Assembly: GCF_000011805.1 (NCBI RefSeq)
Contig: NC_006841.2
Length of the DNA: 32,000 nt
Reading direction: 5' to 3' (one strand)
Origin: Aliivibrio fischeri ES114
Lineage (GTDB): Bacteria; Pseudomonadota; Gammaproteobacteria; Enterobacterales; Vibrionaceae
This document shows, in pieces, positions 1-11,413 of this stretch. Position 1 is the stretch's first letter. Every line of letters starts with the position of its first letter. The notes beneath the pieces are model-generated. The model saw nothing but the letters and a program-made list of their open reading frames with translations. It was not told where the DNA came from and did no database searches. Position numbers and translations under genes: made by a program.

Positions 1-2
1 AA

Positions 3-1712
3 ATCGGTCTAGCTGGTGGTGGTGTATCTTACAGTCACCACTACTCAAGTGTTGGTGTTCCATCAACAGGATTCTCTGGTCCTGGTGGTTTCCCACGTAA
101 CGTGGACCAAGGTCATGAGCCTAAATGGAATAACAATGACTACAACGGTTACAGCAGTACAATTCCTGTTGCTCGTTGGATCGACTGTCTATTAGAACCA
201 GGTAAAGAGATCCGTTACAACGGTTCTAAAGTTGTACTACCTGATTTCAAAATGATGGTTATCTCTGGTAACAACCCTTGGCATCACCACCAAGATCGTA
301 ACCGTATGAAGAAAGCGTTCCAAAAACTTCAAACTGTTGTGACAATTGATTTCACTTGGACTGCAACATGTCGTTTCTCAGACATCGTGCTACCAGCGTG
401 TACGCAATGGGAACGTAATGATATTGACCAATACGGTTCATACTCTGCACGTGGTCTAATTGCAATGCATAAACTGGTTGATCCTCTGTATCAATCAAAA
501 TCAGACTTCGAGATCATGACTGAGCTAACACGTCGTTTTGGCCGTCATAGCAGTACAATTCCTGTTGCTCGTTGGATCGACTGTCTATTAGAACCAGGTA
601 AAGAGATCCGTTACAACGGTTCTAAAGTTGTACTACCTGATTTCAAAATGATGGTTATCTCTGGTAACAACCCTTGGCATCACCACCAAGATCGTAACCG
701 TATGAAGAAAGCGTTCCAAAAACTTCAAACTGTTGTGACAATTGATTTCACTTGGACTGCAACATGTCGTTTCTCAGACATCGTGCTACCAGCGTGTACG
801 CAATGGGAACGTAATGATATTGACCAATACGGTTCATACTCTGCACGTGGTCTAATTGCAATGCATAAACTGGTTGATCCTCTGTATCAATCAAAATCAG
901 ACTTCGAGATCATGACTGAGCTAACACGTCGTTTTGGCCGTCATAAAGAATACACTCGTGGTATGGATGAAATGGAGTGGATCCGTTCACTTTATGCAGA
1001 ATGTCGCACAGCGAACGAAGGCAAGTTTGAAATGCCTGAGTTTGATGAGTTCTGGGAAAAAGGTGTTCTAGACTTCGGTGAAGGTAAGCCATGGGTACGT
1101 CATGCTGCGTTCCGTGAAGATCCAGAAGTTAACGCATTAGGTACACCATCAGGCTTCATCGAAATTTCAAGTCGTAAGATTGAACGTTTCGGTTATGAGC
1201 ACTGTCAAGGTCACCCAATGTGGTTCGAAAAATCAGAACGTTCACATGGTGGTCCTGGTTCTAAGAAACACCCATTCTGGATGCAATCTTGTCACCCTGA
1301 CAAGCGTCTGCACTCACAAATGTGTGATTCAGAAGAGTTCCGTGCAACTTACACAGTTCAAGGTCGTGAGCCGGTATACTTAAACCCACAAGATGCTAAA
1401 GAAAAAGGCATCAAAGATGGTGATTTAGTACGCGTATTTAATGATCGTGGTCAACTACTAGCTGGTGCAGTTCTAACTGATAGCTACCCACGTGGTGTTA
1501 TCCGTATTGAAGAAGGTGCATGGTACGGTCCATTGAACGAAAAAGTAGGTGCTATTTGTACTTACGGTGATCCAAACACATTAACGCAAGATATCCCATC
1601 ATCTGAGCTAGCTCAGGCGACATCTGCAAACACATGTTTGGTTGATTATGAGAAGTTCACAGGTAAAGTTCCACCAGTAACGTCATTCGGTGGTCCAATT
1701 ATTATTGAATAA
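3..1712 (+). CDS. torA: Trimethylamine-N-oxide reductase (molybdopterin oxidoreductase), 5' truncated by window edge, carrying an internal duplication
   Basis: Frame is open from base 3 ([47 protein letters not shown]...). TorA/BisC-like segments include [51 protein letters not shown] and the C-terminal [18 protein letters not shown]...[11 protein letters not shown]...[15 protein letters not shown]. Stop TAA at 1710-1712. Confidence 0.93.
   Translation: MGLAGGGVSYSHHYSSVGVPSTGFSGPGGFPRNVDQGHEPKWNNNDYNGYSSTIPVARWIDCLLEPGKEIRYNGSKVVLPDFKMMVISGNNPWHHHQDRNRMKKAFQKLQTVVTIDFTWTATCRFSDIVLPACTQWERNDIDQYGSYSARGLIAMHKLVDPLYQSKSDFEIMTELTRRFGRHSSTIPVARWIDCLLEPGKEIRYNGSKVVLPDFKMMVISGNNPWHHHQDRNRMKKAFQKLQTVVTIDFTWTATCRFSDIVLPACTQWERNDIDQYGSYSARGLIAMHKLVDPLYQSKSDFEIMTELTRRFGRHKEYTRGMDEMEWIRSLYAECRTANEGKFEMPEFDEFWEKGVLDFGEGKPWVRHAAFREDPEVNALGTPSGFIEISSRKIERFGYEHCQGHPMWFEKSERSHGGPGSKKHPFWMQSCHPDKRLHSQMCDSEEFRATYTVQGREPVYLNPQDAKEKGIKDGDLVRVFNDRGQLLAGAVLTDSYPRGVIRIEEGAWYGPLNEKVGAICTYGDPNTLTQDIPSSELAQATSANTCLVDYEKFTGKVPPVTSFGGPIIIE
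153..944 (+). repeat. Perfect tandem duplication, 2 x 396 bp (153-548 and 549-944), inside torA
   Basis: Direct reading: AGCAGTACAATTCCTGTTGCTCG...GTTTTGGCCGTCAT occurs twice back to back with an offset of 396 bp (132 codons) and no mismatch seen; the ORF stays open. Confidence 0.97.
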
Positions 1713-1732
1713 TCATAATAATAAATAATATT

Positions 1733-1761
1733 AAAAAGCACCTAATTTAGGTGCTTTTTTT
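1733..1761 (+). terminator. Rho-independent terminator of torA
   Basis: AAAAAGCACCTAAATT-type hairpin: AAAAAGCACCTAATTTAGGTGCTTTTTTTA, stem followed by T-run. Confidence 0.85.
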
Positions 1762-1949
1762 ATATATATAATTCATGATTTATAATATATATATCCAAGT
1801 TAAATTGATAACTAAATAACATATTCACAGAACTTATCTAATGCCGTTTTTTTTCTAAACTCGTGTTATTTCTCTATGAGAAATCATAAACTTGTATTAT
1901 TCTCTCGCCGAAATTTCACATTGCGTGAAATGTGCAGGATATAGCAAGA

Positions 1950-3935
1950 ATGTCACACAAATTATTAACTAATCTAAAAACAAAATATCAAATATTAGTC
2001 CCTGTATTAGCAACCATTATAGTAATGGTGGTAGCGATTTATCTGGTTAACTCTAAATTAGAGTCAACAAACAGAAATGTTCAGATTTCTGATCATCGTA
2101 GCCTTCAATTGAGCAATGTTTCAATTGCAGAATCACGTCTTCTTTTCTTACGATTAAGCGTATCTTCAGGCTTCACTAATTATGAAGTATTAAAATCAAT
2201 TGATTTTGATGGAATTACCGCTGAACTTAGTGCCAATTTTAAAAGTATGGTAGAAGAACAGCGTAAGCTACAAGAAATGAAAGCTGCGGTTAAAACACCT
2301 GAACAACTTCAAACTGAAGTCAACGTATTGATTTCTCAGCTTAACAGTTATAAAAAATATGCTGAAAACATTTCTAAATCTAATGATGCAAAAATAGAGG
2401 AATGGGGCAATTCACTGTATTTAACAACGCCTATTCAACAAGCAAGTGAATTAATATTTACAGCCTCTCAAAGTGAAGAATCAAAGCAGTATTGGAGTAA
2501 GGTAGTTCCTGAGGTTTACAATAAAGCTGGAAGCATCGAAATTCAAATGACGTCTTTATTTAATGATGATTTATATACATCAGTAAGTAAAACGCCAAGA
2601 ATTGACATTGTTAAACGAGATTTTGACGCATTAGCTAAATTAATTGCACCGCTAGAAAATAAAAAAGCAAAAGAGATTCTGGTTTCAGCATTTAAGGTTC
2701 AATCAGAATTAAATATGTCTTTATGGAATGCAACGGCTGATATTAATAAAAATAAGAAAGCATTGACCGAACTTGGTAATCTTATTTACCAAGAATTAAA
2801 TGATGAGAAAAATCGTTTAACTGAAATGAATGGAAAAATTTCAGATCATAATATGCAATTAATAGCAGAAAGTCAGAATCTATTATTAATGGCAATTACG
2901 ATTACAGTTATTATTTCTTTGATTATCGGAATATTTATTGCTCAAATAGTGACAAGACCGATTTTAATTCTACAAAAACAAATGTCTGATATATCAGAAG
3001 GTCGCTTAGATTCATTAAATGAACAATCAAGCGATAATGAGATTGGTGAGTTATGTAAAAATACAGATGGCACTGTCATTCGTTTGCAAGAAATGATTAG
3101 TAACTTACGAAATGTCGGAGAGGAAGTTTCTTCTTCATCAACAGAACTTGCAGCAATTATGGTGCAAAGTGAAGCTAATGCCTCTGATCAAAAATCGCAG
3201 GTTGATCTGATCGCAACAGCAATTACGCAATTGGCAGCATCAGCAAATCAAGTTGATGAGTCAGCTAACCAAGCTGATGCAAAAGCAAAAGAAGTGCTGA
3301 ACATGAGCCGTGATGGTGCGCGTTCTGCTTCTGAAGGCGTAAAATTAAGTCAAGACTTAGCATCTCAAATGGATGCAACCTCTGGTGAGGTAATGATACT
3401 TAAAGATCAAACTGACCGTATTAGCGAAGTTATTACTGTTATTGATTCAATCTCTGAGCAAACGAACTTACTTGCGTTGAATGCGGCCATAGAGGCGGCA
3501 CGAGCAGGAGAAAGTGGTCGTGGATTCGCGGTTGTTGCCGATGAAGTTCGTGTATTAGCGGCGAAGACACAGCAATCAACGCAGAACATTCAAAACATCA
3601 TTAATGAGCTACAACAGAAATCATTGAATGTTGTTGAATCAGTAAATCAATCGATAGAGATGATTCATCAAACCGCTCAAATGAGCATTGATACAAACAA
3701 TCAATTGCTTAATATTTCAGAGTCAATTGAACTCATTTCTGTAACGAACTCTGAGATGGCAACAGCGGCGAATGAACAAAACCGTGCAATTGAATCTATT
3801 AGCGAAAATGTAAATATGATCACTGAAACAATCAGCCAAAATGTTGAAGGGATCAAAGAGTCAACTCAAGCGAGTCAACACTTGTCAGAGCTGTCCGAGA
3901 ACCAAAGAGAACAATTATTGTTCTTCAAATTATAA
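1950..3935 (+). CDS. Methyl-accepting chemotaxis protein (MCP1); ORF could open at GTG 1932, ATG 1950 preferred
   Basis: N-terminal TM, periplasmic helical region, second TM, HAMP-like region and the MCP signalling hairpin [47 protein letters not shown]. Confidence 0.93.
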   Translation: MSHKLLTNLKTKYQILVPVLATIIVMVVAIYLVNSKLESTNRNVQISDHRSLQLSNVSIAESRLLFLRLSVSSGFTNYEVLKSIDFDGITAELSANFKSMVEEQRKLQEMKAAVKTPEQLQTEVNVLISQLNSYKKYAENISKSNDAKIEEWGNSLYLTTPIQQASELIFTASQSEESKQYWSKVVPEVYNKAGSIEIQMTSLFNDDLYTSVSKTPRIDIVKRDFDALAKLIAPLENKKAKEILVSAFKVQSELNMSLWNATADINKNKKALTELGNLIYQELNDEKNRLTEMNGKISDHNMQLIAESQNLLLMAITITVIISLIIGIFIAQIVTRPILILQKQMSDISEGRLDSLNEQSSDNEIGELCKNTDGTVIRLQEMISNLRNVGEEVSSSSTELAAIMVQSEANASDQKSQVDLIATAITQLAASANQVDESANQADAKAKEVLNMSRDGARSASEGVKLSQDLASQMDATSGEVMILKDQTDRISEVITVIDSISEQTNLLALNAAIEAARAGESGRGFAVVADEVRVLAAKTQQSTQNIQNIINELQQKSLNVVESVNQSIEMIHQTAQMSIDTNNQLLNISESIELISVTNSEMATAANEQNRAIESISENVNMITETISQNVEGIKESTQASQHLSELSENQREQLLFFKL

Positions 3936-3943
3936 CCAAAACA

Positions 3944-3969
3944 GAGCAGACAGCTATGGTTGTCTGCTC
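3944..3969 (+). terminator. Hairpin downstream of MCP1 (weak terminator candidate)
   Basis: GAGCAGACA gctatggt TGTCTGCTC, 9-bp perfect stem; no proper T-run, so terminator function is uncertain. Confidence 0.45.
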
Positions 3970-4003
3970 CTCATCTTATTGATTAACATTCTTTGGAATC
4001 ATT

Positions 4004-4120
4004 ATGAATAATATAAACAACGATTATATTACGACTGTTAGCAAAGAATCATTGCTGGCTTTAGGGCTTACAGACGAAGAAATCGAATATATATTAATTA
4101 TATTTGAGCTTGAACTGTAA
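4004..4120 (+). CDS. Putative 38-aa small protein MNNINNDYITTVSKESLLALGLTDEEIEYILIIFELEL
   Basis: ATG-TAA ORF not in the supplied track, preceded by a weak GGA about 8 nt upstream; plausible helix composition, but coding status unproven. Confidence 0.4.
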   Translation: MNNINNDYITTVSKESLLALGLTDEEIEYILIIFELEL

Positions 4121-4331
4121 TAATTAGCGCTAAATTTGATGGGGTAAGACTACCTAAAAAAGTAAAATAACCACTCTCTATTGTTGATGTAATTCATATA
4201 ATTAATACTAATAAGCATCAAGACTTTCACTTTTATTTGTTCTTGTTGATTGTATTCTTAATAGTAGTATTCTATGCAGATTACAGAATTACCTGATTTT
4301 AGTTAATGCAGCAGTCAACACTAGGAAGTGA

Positions 4332-6071
4332 ATGATGAACCCACTATTTTTCTTATGTGGACAAGAAAGTATCCCGGTACAAACCGATTTAATCTATGAA
4401 TTCCAAAATGATCAAATATCGATGCATTTTTCAGGTATTCATAATCTTCCAATTAATGATCATTACCTTATTCTGCAATTTCCAACCCAATTAGAGCATG
4501 ACGCAAAAATTTTGGGGGATGGTTTTCAAATGCTTGCTCAGACAGGCGGAAAAGTTGACTCACCACAAGAGATCGGCCGCTGTCCTGATAATAGTCCTAG
4601 TTATCGAATTTATTCAGAGCACGCAAAAAAAAGATTTTATAATTATTTAGTGATTGAACAATCAGACGGATTTACTCTCTTTGGTTTTACTTCTTGTTAT
4701 CGATTTGCAGGTTATTTCGAGATACATGAATATCAAGGTTCAATGAATGTAATGGCATTTCTTGATGGTGAATTCACTCATCCACAAGATTGGGCTAGTA
4801 ATCGAATGGAGTCATTAACGGTTATTAAGGCTGAGTCTTTAGCTGAGTTATATGAGCTTTATGCAGCCAAAGTACAACAGCAGCACCCAATTCGACCAGG
4901 AGTAAAACAAGACGCTCCAATTGGTTGGTGCTCATGGTATGCCTACTATGCAGACGTTACAGAGAAAAACGTTTTAGATAATGTTGAGGTCATGTGCCAA
5001 AAAGACTCTGAATTTGAGTGGGTGCTTCTTGACGACGGATATCAAGCTTTCATGGGAGACTGGTTAACACCTTCAGATAAATTTCCTAATGGTATAAAAG
5101 CACTATTACAAGATATAAAAGCAAAAGGAAAGAAACCTGCTATTTGGATAGCTCCATTTATTGCACAACCTGAATCAGACATTTTTAAAAATCACCCAGA
5201 TTGGTTTGTTCATCACGAGAATGGTGAATTATTAAAAGCAGAAGATATTACTTATGGTGGCTGGCGTTGTACGCCTTGGTATATCCTTGATACTTCAAAA
5301 CAAGAAGTTCAAATACATTTAACAGAAGTTATCCACACCATGAGGGAAGAGTGGGGAGTAGAGCTGTTTAAACTGGATGCTAATTATTGGGGTACGCTTA
5401 AAGGTAAGCGAACACAATCAGGGATCACGGGTATTGAGGCTTATCGATTAGGTATGCAAGCTATTACAAACGGGGCTGGTGATGCGTTAATTCTTGGCTG
5501 TAATGCGCCAATGTGGCCATCATTGGGTCTAGTTGATGCAATGCGAGTATCTGATGATGTCGAACGTAATCCTCAACGTTTTGAACAGATAGCAAAAGAG
5601 ACATTTTACCGTAGCTGGCAGCACCGTAAATTATGGCAAATTGATCCTGATTGCGTCACGTTGATCTCACTGTCTAACCAAGGTACGGAACGAAAATATT
5701 ATGAATTTCATCGAAATGTGATTTTAGCTTCTGGTGGGCTTGCATTGTCTGGTGATCCGTTACCAGATTTGAATAAATTCGCAAAGAAAACATGGAAGAA
5801 TATTTTGTCTCGTCTTCGTTTAACTCAAGAGGCGGCTCAGTTTACTTCATTGAGTAATAGGCATTGCACATTAACACTCAATCATCAGCATGAACTACAT
5901 TGTTTATTTAACTATGACGATGAAGCAATGGAGCACACCCTTGTTGCTGATCAGCCATCTATTTGGCGAGATTTCTGGACGGGGGAGCAGTTAAATGAAG
6001 AACCAACACAGATGTTAATTTTAACTTTAGATAGTGGATTGAACAGTAAAGCTATCTTAGTTTCAAATTAA
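4332..6071 (+). CDS. Alpha-galactosidase / melibiase, GH36-like
   Basis: Clan GH-D style motifs: PIGWCSWYAYYADVTE, EWVLLDDGYQAFMGDW, KPAIWIAPFIA, VELFKLDANYWG, LILGCNAPMWPSLGLVDAMRVSDDV. Confidence 0.85.
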   Translation: MMNPLFFLCGQESIPVQTDLIYEFQNDQISMHFSGIHNLPINDHYLILQFPTQLEHDAKILGDGFQMLAQTGGKVDSPQEIGRCPDNSPSYRIYSEHAKKRFYNYLVIEQSDGFTLFGFTSCYRFAGYFEIHEYQGSMNVMAFLDGEFTHPQDWASNRMESLTVIKAESLAELYELYAAKVQQQHPIRPGVKQDAPIGWCSWYAYYADVTEKNVLDNVEVMCQKDSEFEWVLLDDGYQAFMGDWLTPSDKFPNGIKALLQDIKAKGKKPAIWIAPFIAQPESDIFKNHPDWFVHHENGELLKAEDITYGGWRCTPWYILDTSKQEVQIHLTEVIHTMREEWGVELFKLDANYWGTLKGKRTQSGITGIEAYRLGMQAITNGAGDALILGCNAPMWPSLGLVDAMRVSDDVERNPQRFEQIAKETFYRSWQHRKLWQIDPDCVTLISLSNQGTERKYYEFHRNVILASGGLALSGDPLPDLNKFAKKTWKNILSRLRLTQEAAQFTSLSNRHCTLTLNHQHELHCLFNYDDEAMEHTLVADQPSIWRDFWTGEQLNEEPTQMLILTLDSGLNSKAILVSN

Positions 6072-6290
6072 AATCTCAGTTAAAAATCAGAAATAAGGCA
6101 GGTGTAATGTTTAAATTTACACTTGTCTTTTTTTATGCCTAAAAACTTCTAAAATATACAAGAATAACTAGATTTAACTATTTGATTTAAAATAACTAAC
6201 TACTTTTTTCTTCGTTTTTGTTCATTTGAAGACGACTATTGGTATCCATATAATCCGACTCCCATTTTAAATCATAAATAGAGTTATTAT

Positions 6291-8270
6291 ATGAATGCTA
6301 TCAATCGTTTCTTACTGAATATCCCTCTACGATATCAAATACTCTTTCCCCCGCTTTTCGCTATTATGGTTATGATTATCTCTATGTTGATCATTTCATC
6401 TGCGATGAATCAATCGGTTAAGAACTCGGAAGTATTAAATGTTCGCTTGCAAGAAATGACGCATTTATCTAGCAGTGAAACAAAAATTTTGCAGATATTT
6501 AGTGAAATTAATCGTTCTCTATCAAATCCAGAAGCCTTAGAGAATGTGGATGATTATGTTTTTGAACAAATTGAATTGATTAATTATGATTTCAATTATA
6601 TTGAAGAAGAGCACAACAAGATAAAAGGTCAAAAGCATACAACACAGCAATTGATCATAGATTTAAACAAAGTTTCTGTTTTATTAGAAAACATGAAAGA
6701 CATTATTGAATCGAATCAAACCATTTCAAAAAAGATGCAAACGGAATGGGCTAAGTTACCTTATTTAAGTGACTCGATAGAGCTTTTAAGTAAAGAAGTT
6801 CAGGATAATGAGGAACACCATTGGATCGAAATGGAAGAGGCACTGTACTCTTCATCTGAGATATTACAAATAAAGTTAAATTCGCTATATAACTTTAATA
6901 TAGATAAGGAAGATTTTGAGATTATTGATGCTGAATTTATAAAAATAAACCAAGTAATTGATGATATTCATGAAAGTGATGCAAAAAGAAAAATACAACT
7001 AAATATTAGTAATTTACAATCAATTTATCATCAATTTTCTGAGTTAATTACTAATCTAAATAACAATAAATCGGATCTATTCAAAATTGAAAATAGCATT
7101 AATTACTTGATAAAAAATCAAAGTTCAAGAATTAATGAAATTAGTAGTACTTTATCAAAAGATAGTATTGAGCTTGTTTTTTCTAGCAAGCAAATGATTA
7201 TTATTTCTATGATTTGCTTTACGTTATTAACCATGCTGATCACATGGATTACGATTCGAACGATTGTGATGCCTATAAGGATTTTGAAGGATCAGATAGA
7301 GTTTCTTTCCGAAGGAAAACTGAATGAGTTGAATAACTTAATTGGCAGTAATGAAGTCGCCGAACTTTGTCAAAATACAGATAAAACGGCACATCATTTA
7401 CATCAGATAGTGAATGCTCTACGTGATATCGCCTCAGAGGTGTCTACGTCCTCATTAAGTCTTAATGTGTTAATGAATACGAATGAAAAAAATATATTAG
7501 AAGAGAAATCTCAGATTGAATTAATCGCAGCGGCTGTTACTGAATTATCGGCAGCAGCAACTCAAGTTGATCACGTTGCTATGAATGCAGATGAAAGAGC
7601 AAAAGAGGCATTGAACTTGAGCCGTTCTGGATCAGACACGGCTTCAGTAAGTAGTCAGTTAAGCCAAGAGCTGGTGAAACAAATGGGATTAACGGCTAAA
7701 GAAGTTGAGTCATTAAAGGTTCAATCAGAGCAAATTAGTGAGGTTATTACGGTCATAGACTCAATATCAGACCAAACTAATTTATTAGCATTAAATGCAG
7801 CGATCGAAGCGGCAAGAGCAGGTGAGAGTGGGCGAGGCTTTGCTGTTGTAGCTGATGAAGTTAGGATGCTTGCTGCAAAAACGCAACAATCAACATTAAC
7901 CATTCAAGAGGTCATCGATCGTTTGCAGAGTACATCTAATGATGTGGTTGAATCTGTTTCGAAATCAATCAAGATAATTAATGAAACTCAAGAAATGACA
8001 GAGAAAACAAACTCACAATTACTTGATATATCGAAAGAAATAGAAGAAATAACTTGTTCAAATACAGAAGTTGCGACCGCTGCAAATGAGCAAAATCAGG
8101 CCATTTTATCTATAAGTGAAAGCATTAATTTAATGACGGAGAATATTAATAAAAATATTGATGAAATGAATAAAATCAGCTCTAACGCCGATAAATTATC
8201 CGAGCTATCGACATCACAAGTAGAGCAACTTAAATTCTTCACTTTAATAGATAAAGATCATGAAAAGTAA
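6291..8270 (+). CDS. Methyl-accepting chemotaxis protein (MCP2), related to MCP1
   Basis: Two TM segments, HAMP-like region and [47 protein letters not shown]; N-terminal layout mirrors MCP1 ([30 protein letters not shown] vs [29 protein letters not shown]). Confidence 0.92.
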   Translation: MNAINRFLLNIPLRYQILFPPLFAIMVMIISMLIISSAMNQSVKNSEVLNVRLQEMTHLSSSETKILQIFSEINRSLSNPEALENVDDYVFEQIELINYDFNYIEEEHNKIKGQKHTTQQLIIDLNKVSVLLENMKDIIESNQTISKKMQTEWAKLPYLSDSIELLSKEVQDNEEHHWIEMEEALYSSSEILQIKLNSLYNFNIDKEDFEIIDAEFIKINQVIDDIHESDAKRKIQLNISNLQSIYHQFSELITNLNNNKSDLFKIENSINYLIKNQSSRINEISSTLSKDSIELVFSSKQMIIISMICFTLLTMLITWITIRTIVMPIRILKDQIEFLSEGKLNELNNLIGSNEVAELCQNTDKTAHHLHQIVNALRDIASEVSTSSLSLNVLMNTNEKNILEEKSQIELIAAAVTELSAAATQVDHVAMNADERAKEALNLSRSGSDTASVSSQLSQELVKQMGLTAKEVESLKVQSEQISEVITVIDSISDQTNLLALNAAIEAARAGESGRGFAVVADEVRMLAAKTQQSTLTIQEVIDRLQSTSNDVVESVSKSIKIINETQEMTEKTNSQLLDISKEIEEITCSNTEVATAANEQNQAILSISESINLMTENINKNIDEMNKISSNADKLSELSTSQVEQLKFFTLIDKDHEK

Positions 8271-8406
8271 TACAAAAAAAACAGGCTATCCTCAGAAAGA
8301 AGCGTCTATTTCTAATGGTTTAACTGCGGAAGAGAGGGATTTCCTTTATAAAGTGTTTTGTTTTCCATTTAATCAAACGTTAAAAAAAGAAGATACAGAG
8401 AAGTAA
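8260..8406 (+). CDS. Putative 48-aa small protein [48 protein letters not shown]
   Basis: ATG-TAA ORF overlapping the MCP2 stop by 11 bp in another frame and ending just before a strong hairpin; not in the supplied track. Confidence 0.45.
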   Translation: MKSNTKKTGYPQKEASISNGLTAEERDFLYKVFCFPFNQTLKKEDTEK

Positions 8407-8411
8407 ATAAA

Positions 8412-8457
8412 CTAAATGCCATAGCAGCAAAGGTATGCTGCTATGGTATGCATTTTA
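8412..8457. terminator. Bidirectional terminator between MCP2/small ORF (+) and ToxR/CadC-like gene (-)
   Basis: CCATAGCAGCA aaggta TGCTGCTATGG (8419-8446), 11-bp perfect stem between convergent genes, flanked by A-rich and T-rich sequence. Confidence 0.75.
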
Positions 8458-9582
8458 ATAAAACTCTTTAACAATAAATGAAATATCTTGTTGTTCACTA
8501 TAAGTAAGGCTGAAGCCTTTATCTATAATATAAAAGTGCAGGTAGTTATACTTATTGTCGTTTTTGAATGTTTTGGGGAACATTTTTAGTTTCGTTTGAT
8601 CTTCAATGTGCCCATGCTGAATTAAGCTACTTTGTTCATCTTCATTAATAACATTTGATATTAAGGTATCTTTATCAAATTGAGCTTTAAAATCACTAAA
8701 ATAAGTATACTTCCCGTTATATCCAGTTTCTGAGATGTTAATTGACATATCTAAGTCATAGCTTTTATCTTCTTGAAGATTAAAGTAGAAATTATACGTC
8801 GCAAATGCAATGTAATCTTTATCATCATTTGATGTAAATTGAACATTAGTATGAAGATTAAAATTACCATCCTGATCGCTGTCTTTTTGAATGATAGGAT
8901 TATTATCTTGTTCTAAATCACTAGTAAGATTTTGATTTATTAGTGTCTCAACATTATCTTCATTTGTTTCAAGGAAAATAATTTTATTCGTAACATCATT
9001 ACATTTATGTTCGATAAATAAACACTGAGATAAAGACAGCTTATCTTCGCCAAGATGCAAAAAGTATAAGTAATTAGGTTGAATATTTAATTTTGTTATA
9101 TCAATAGGTTTAGAGGTGGATAACATATATATGTTATCTGATACTTTATTAAGGTTTTGAGTTATTGAGTTAGGTGCAACTTGCTTGAAAATAGGGAAGA
9201 TGAGAAAAAGAGAAACAAGAATAAGCACAGAAAAGAAGAGAAAATAGAACTTTTTAATTGGTTTTGCGAGTAGGCGATCTCCTGATTTATAACCTTTATT
9301 TTTTATTGTATCGATAATAGATATGTTATGAGTTAAGAATTTTTTCCTTAACAAGGATATTGTCTGGGTTACGACACTATTTGCAACGGAACCATCCTCC
9401 CAACATTGTGTATATATTTCATCTTTTGTATAAATTCGATTAGGATGGCTATAAAGAAGAAACAATAAATTAGCCTCGTTAAGGCTTATTTTTATCTCTT
9501 CTTTAGTGCTATTGATTACAACAGTTAAACTGCTGTAATCAATCGTGAGATTTTGGGTTTTAACTATCTCTTTTTTATTCAT
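8455..9582 (-). CDS. ToxR/CadC-like transmembrane winged-helix transcriptional regulator
   Basis: N-terminal winged helix (KISLNEANLLFLLYSHPNRIYTKDEIYTQCWEDGSVANSVVTQTISLLRKKF...IIDTIKNKGYKSG), one TM (FYFLFFSVLILVSLFLIFPIF), then an unrecognised periplasmic domain. Confidence 0.85.
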   Translation of the reverse strand: MNKKEIVKTQNLTIDYSSLTVVINSTKEEIKISLNEANLLFLLYSHPNRIYTKDEIYTQCWEDGSVANSVVTQTISLLRKKFLTHNISIIDTIKNKGYKSGDRLLAKPIKKFYFLFFSVLILVSLFLIFPIFKQVAPNSITQNLNKVSDNIYMLSTSKPIDITKLNIQPNYLYFLHLGEDKLSLSQCLFIEHKCNDVTNKIIFLETNEDNVETLINQNLTSDLEQDNNPIIQKDSDQDGNFNLHTNVQFTSNDDKDYIAFATYNFYFNLQEDKSYDLDMSINISETGYNGKYTYFSDFKAQFDKDTLISNVINEDEQSSLIQHGHIEDQTKLKMFPKTFKNDNKYNYLHFYIIDKGFSLTYSEQQDISFIVKEFY

Positions 9583-9591
9583 TAGTATCCT

Positions 9592-10416
9592 TTAACATTC
9601 AATTTTTGGCGTTGCAGCACTGATGCGCTGTTTTCTATCGTGAGTTGGAGCATCAAAATGACTTTCTAAAAGACGCTGCGTAATTGAATGTTGAGGGTTA
9701 GAAAAAATTTCCTCTGTCGGCCCTTTTTCTACAACTTCCCCTTCATGCATCACCATTACTTTATCGGTAATGTGTTTCACTACACCTATGTGTTGTGATA
9801 CATAAATAAATGAAATGGCCATTTCTTGTTGCAATTCCAAAAATAAATTAATGATTTGAGAACGCATCGCCATATCTAAACCGTTTAATGCTTCATCAGC
9901 AACGATAATTGATGGTTGAAGAATCAATGCACGAGCCAAACAAACACGCTGTTTTTGACCTGTTGCAAGCATTTGTGGGTAAAAATACGCATGCTCAGGT
10001 AATAAGCCTACACGAAGCAAGGTGTCCTTTACTCGTTGTTGGCGTGCTTCAGGTGGCATGCTGGTATTACGTTTTAATGGGCCTTCTAAAATTCGGCCAA
10101 TTTGAATTCTAGGATTTAATGAGGAGTTTGGATCCTGAAAAATCATTCGAATCAATTTACAGCGAGTTTGGAAGTCTTTGTAATCTAATACTTCGCCATT
10201 AACTTTGATTATCCCTGATGTTGGTTCAACAACTCCTGCTAACATACGAGCAAGTGTGGATTTACCAGAGCCATTCGCTCCAATAAACCCAAGAGTTTGT
10301 CCCGCTTCTAAAGAAAAGCTAACGGGCTTAACTGCCTCACGTACTTGTTTACGAAATAATCCAGTACGAAATACATAGTCTTTTTTAAGATCAGTAACTT
10401 CAAGAAGCGCAGTCAT
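9592..10416 (-). CDS. sapF: Peptide ABC transporter ATPase SapF (ORF opens at 10431; [10 protein letters not shown] start preferred)
   Basis: Walker [10 protein letters not shown], signature [15 protein letters not shown]; position at the end of sapABCDF. Confidence 0.9.
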   Translation of the reverse strand: MTALLEVTDLKKDYVFRTGLFRKQVREAVKPVSFSLEAGQTLGFIGANGSGKSTLARMLAGVVEPTSGIIKVNGEVLDYKDFQTRCKLIRMIFQDPNSSLNPRIQIGRILEGPLKRNTSMPPEARQQRVKDTLLRVGLLPEHAYFYPQMLATGQKQRVCLARALILQPSIIVADEALNGLDMAMRSQIINLFLELQQEMAISFIYVSQHIGVVKHITDKVMVMHEGEVVEKGPTEEIFSNPQHSITQRLLESHFDAPTHDRKQRISAATPKIEC

Positions 10417-11413
10417 TCTTCTTCTCCTCAAAATTTAATGGGAAATGGCAGCTAAATTTGTGATCTTTCACTTTTTGTCTCTCTGGAACTTGAACACATT
10501 TACGTTGCGCATATGGACAACGAGGCCCAAGACGGCAGCCAATGGGTAAATGTTGTAGAGGTGGAATTGTGCCAGGTAGTGATTCCAACTTAGCTTTATG
10601 TGGGATCCCATCTTTACTAAAATCAGGCATAGCACGAAGCAGTGCATTGGTATAGGGATGCTTTGGTGCTTCAAGGATATCTTTACGACAAGCTGATTCT
10701 ACCGATTGACCACAATACATCACCGTGATTCGGTCTACCCACTGAGTAAGGGTGATTAAGTCGTGGCTGATTAATAAAATTGTCGTGTTATTAACCTGGT
10801 TCATTCGACTTAGTAGACGGAATATTTGTGACTGTGTCACTGCATCTAATTCATCGGTTGGTTCATCTGCAATTAAGATACGTGGTTTGTTGGCAATCGC
10901 CATTGCGATCATCACTTTTTGACATTCACCATCCGTTAATTCATATGGATAGCATTTCATTATGTGTTTATGATCTTTAATACCAACCTTGTGGAGTAGG
11001 GCTATTGCACCTTTCGTTCGCCAATTCCATCTTTGCCACCAGCTACCAGTAAAGTACTTGGAAGGAATCGCTTCTTTTAGTTGGTTACCCACTTGTTCTG
11101 ATGGGTCAAGGCAGGTTGATGGCTCTTGGAAGATCATTGCCATTTCACGTCCGATAACTCGGCGTCGCTCTTTAGGAGATAGGGCTAATAAATCAATGTT
11201 ACCTAGACGCATACGGTCTGCACTGATTTTCCAGTTATCTTTAGTGATACCTAAAATGGCTTTAGCAACGAGAGATTTTCCTGAGCCAGATTCTCCCACT
11301 AAACCACGAATTTCACCTTCATTTAAGGTTAAGCTCATGCGGTCAACGGCTTTCACCATGCCTTGTGGCGTTTCTAACTCAATGGTTAAATGGCGAATAT
11401 CTAATAATGGCAT
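10400..11413 (-). CDS. sapD: Peptide ABC transporter ATPase SapD
   Basis: Walker [41 protein letters not shown], oligopeptide-type C-terminal cysteines [15 protein letters not shown]. Confidence 0.92.
   Translation of the reverse strand: MPLLDIRHLTIELETPQGMVKAVDRMSLTLNEGEIRGLVGESGSGKSLVAKAILGITKDNWKISADRMRLGNIDLLALSPKERRRVIGREMAMIFQEPSTCLDPSEQVGNQLKEAIPSKYFTGSWWQRWNWRTKGAIALLHKVGIKDHKHIMKCYPYELTDGECQKVMIAMAIANKPRILIADEPTDELDAVTQSQIFRLLSRMNQVNNTTILLISHDLITLTQWVDRITVMYCGQSVESACRKDILEAPKHPYTNALLRAMPDFSKDGIPHKAKLESLPGTIPPLQHLPIGCRLGPRCPYAQRKCVQVPERQKVKDHKFSCHFPLNFEEKKNDCAS

Noticed and set aside
910-1383. ORFs 910..1092 (-) and 1180..1383 (+) inside torA
   Set aside because: Out-of-frame or antisense shadows of a clear TorA reading frame, with no independent motifs or RBS.
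3407-7903. Antisense ORFs 3407..3589 and 7721..7903 with similar sequences ([20 protein letters not shown].. / [20 protein letters not shown]..)
   Set aside because: Both are the reverse complement of the same conserved MCP signalling hairpin; their similarity simply mirrors MCP1/MCP2 homology.
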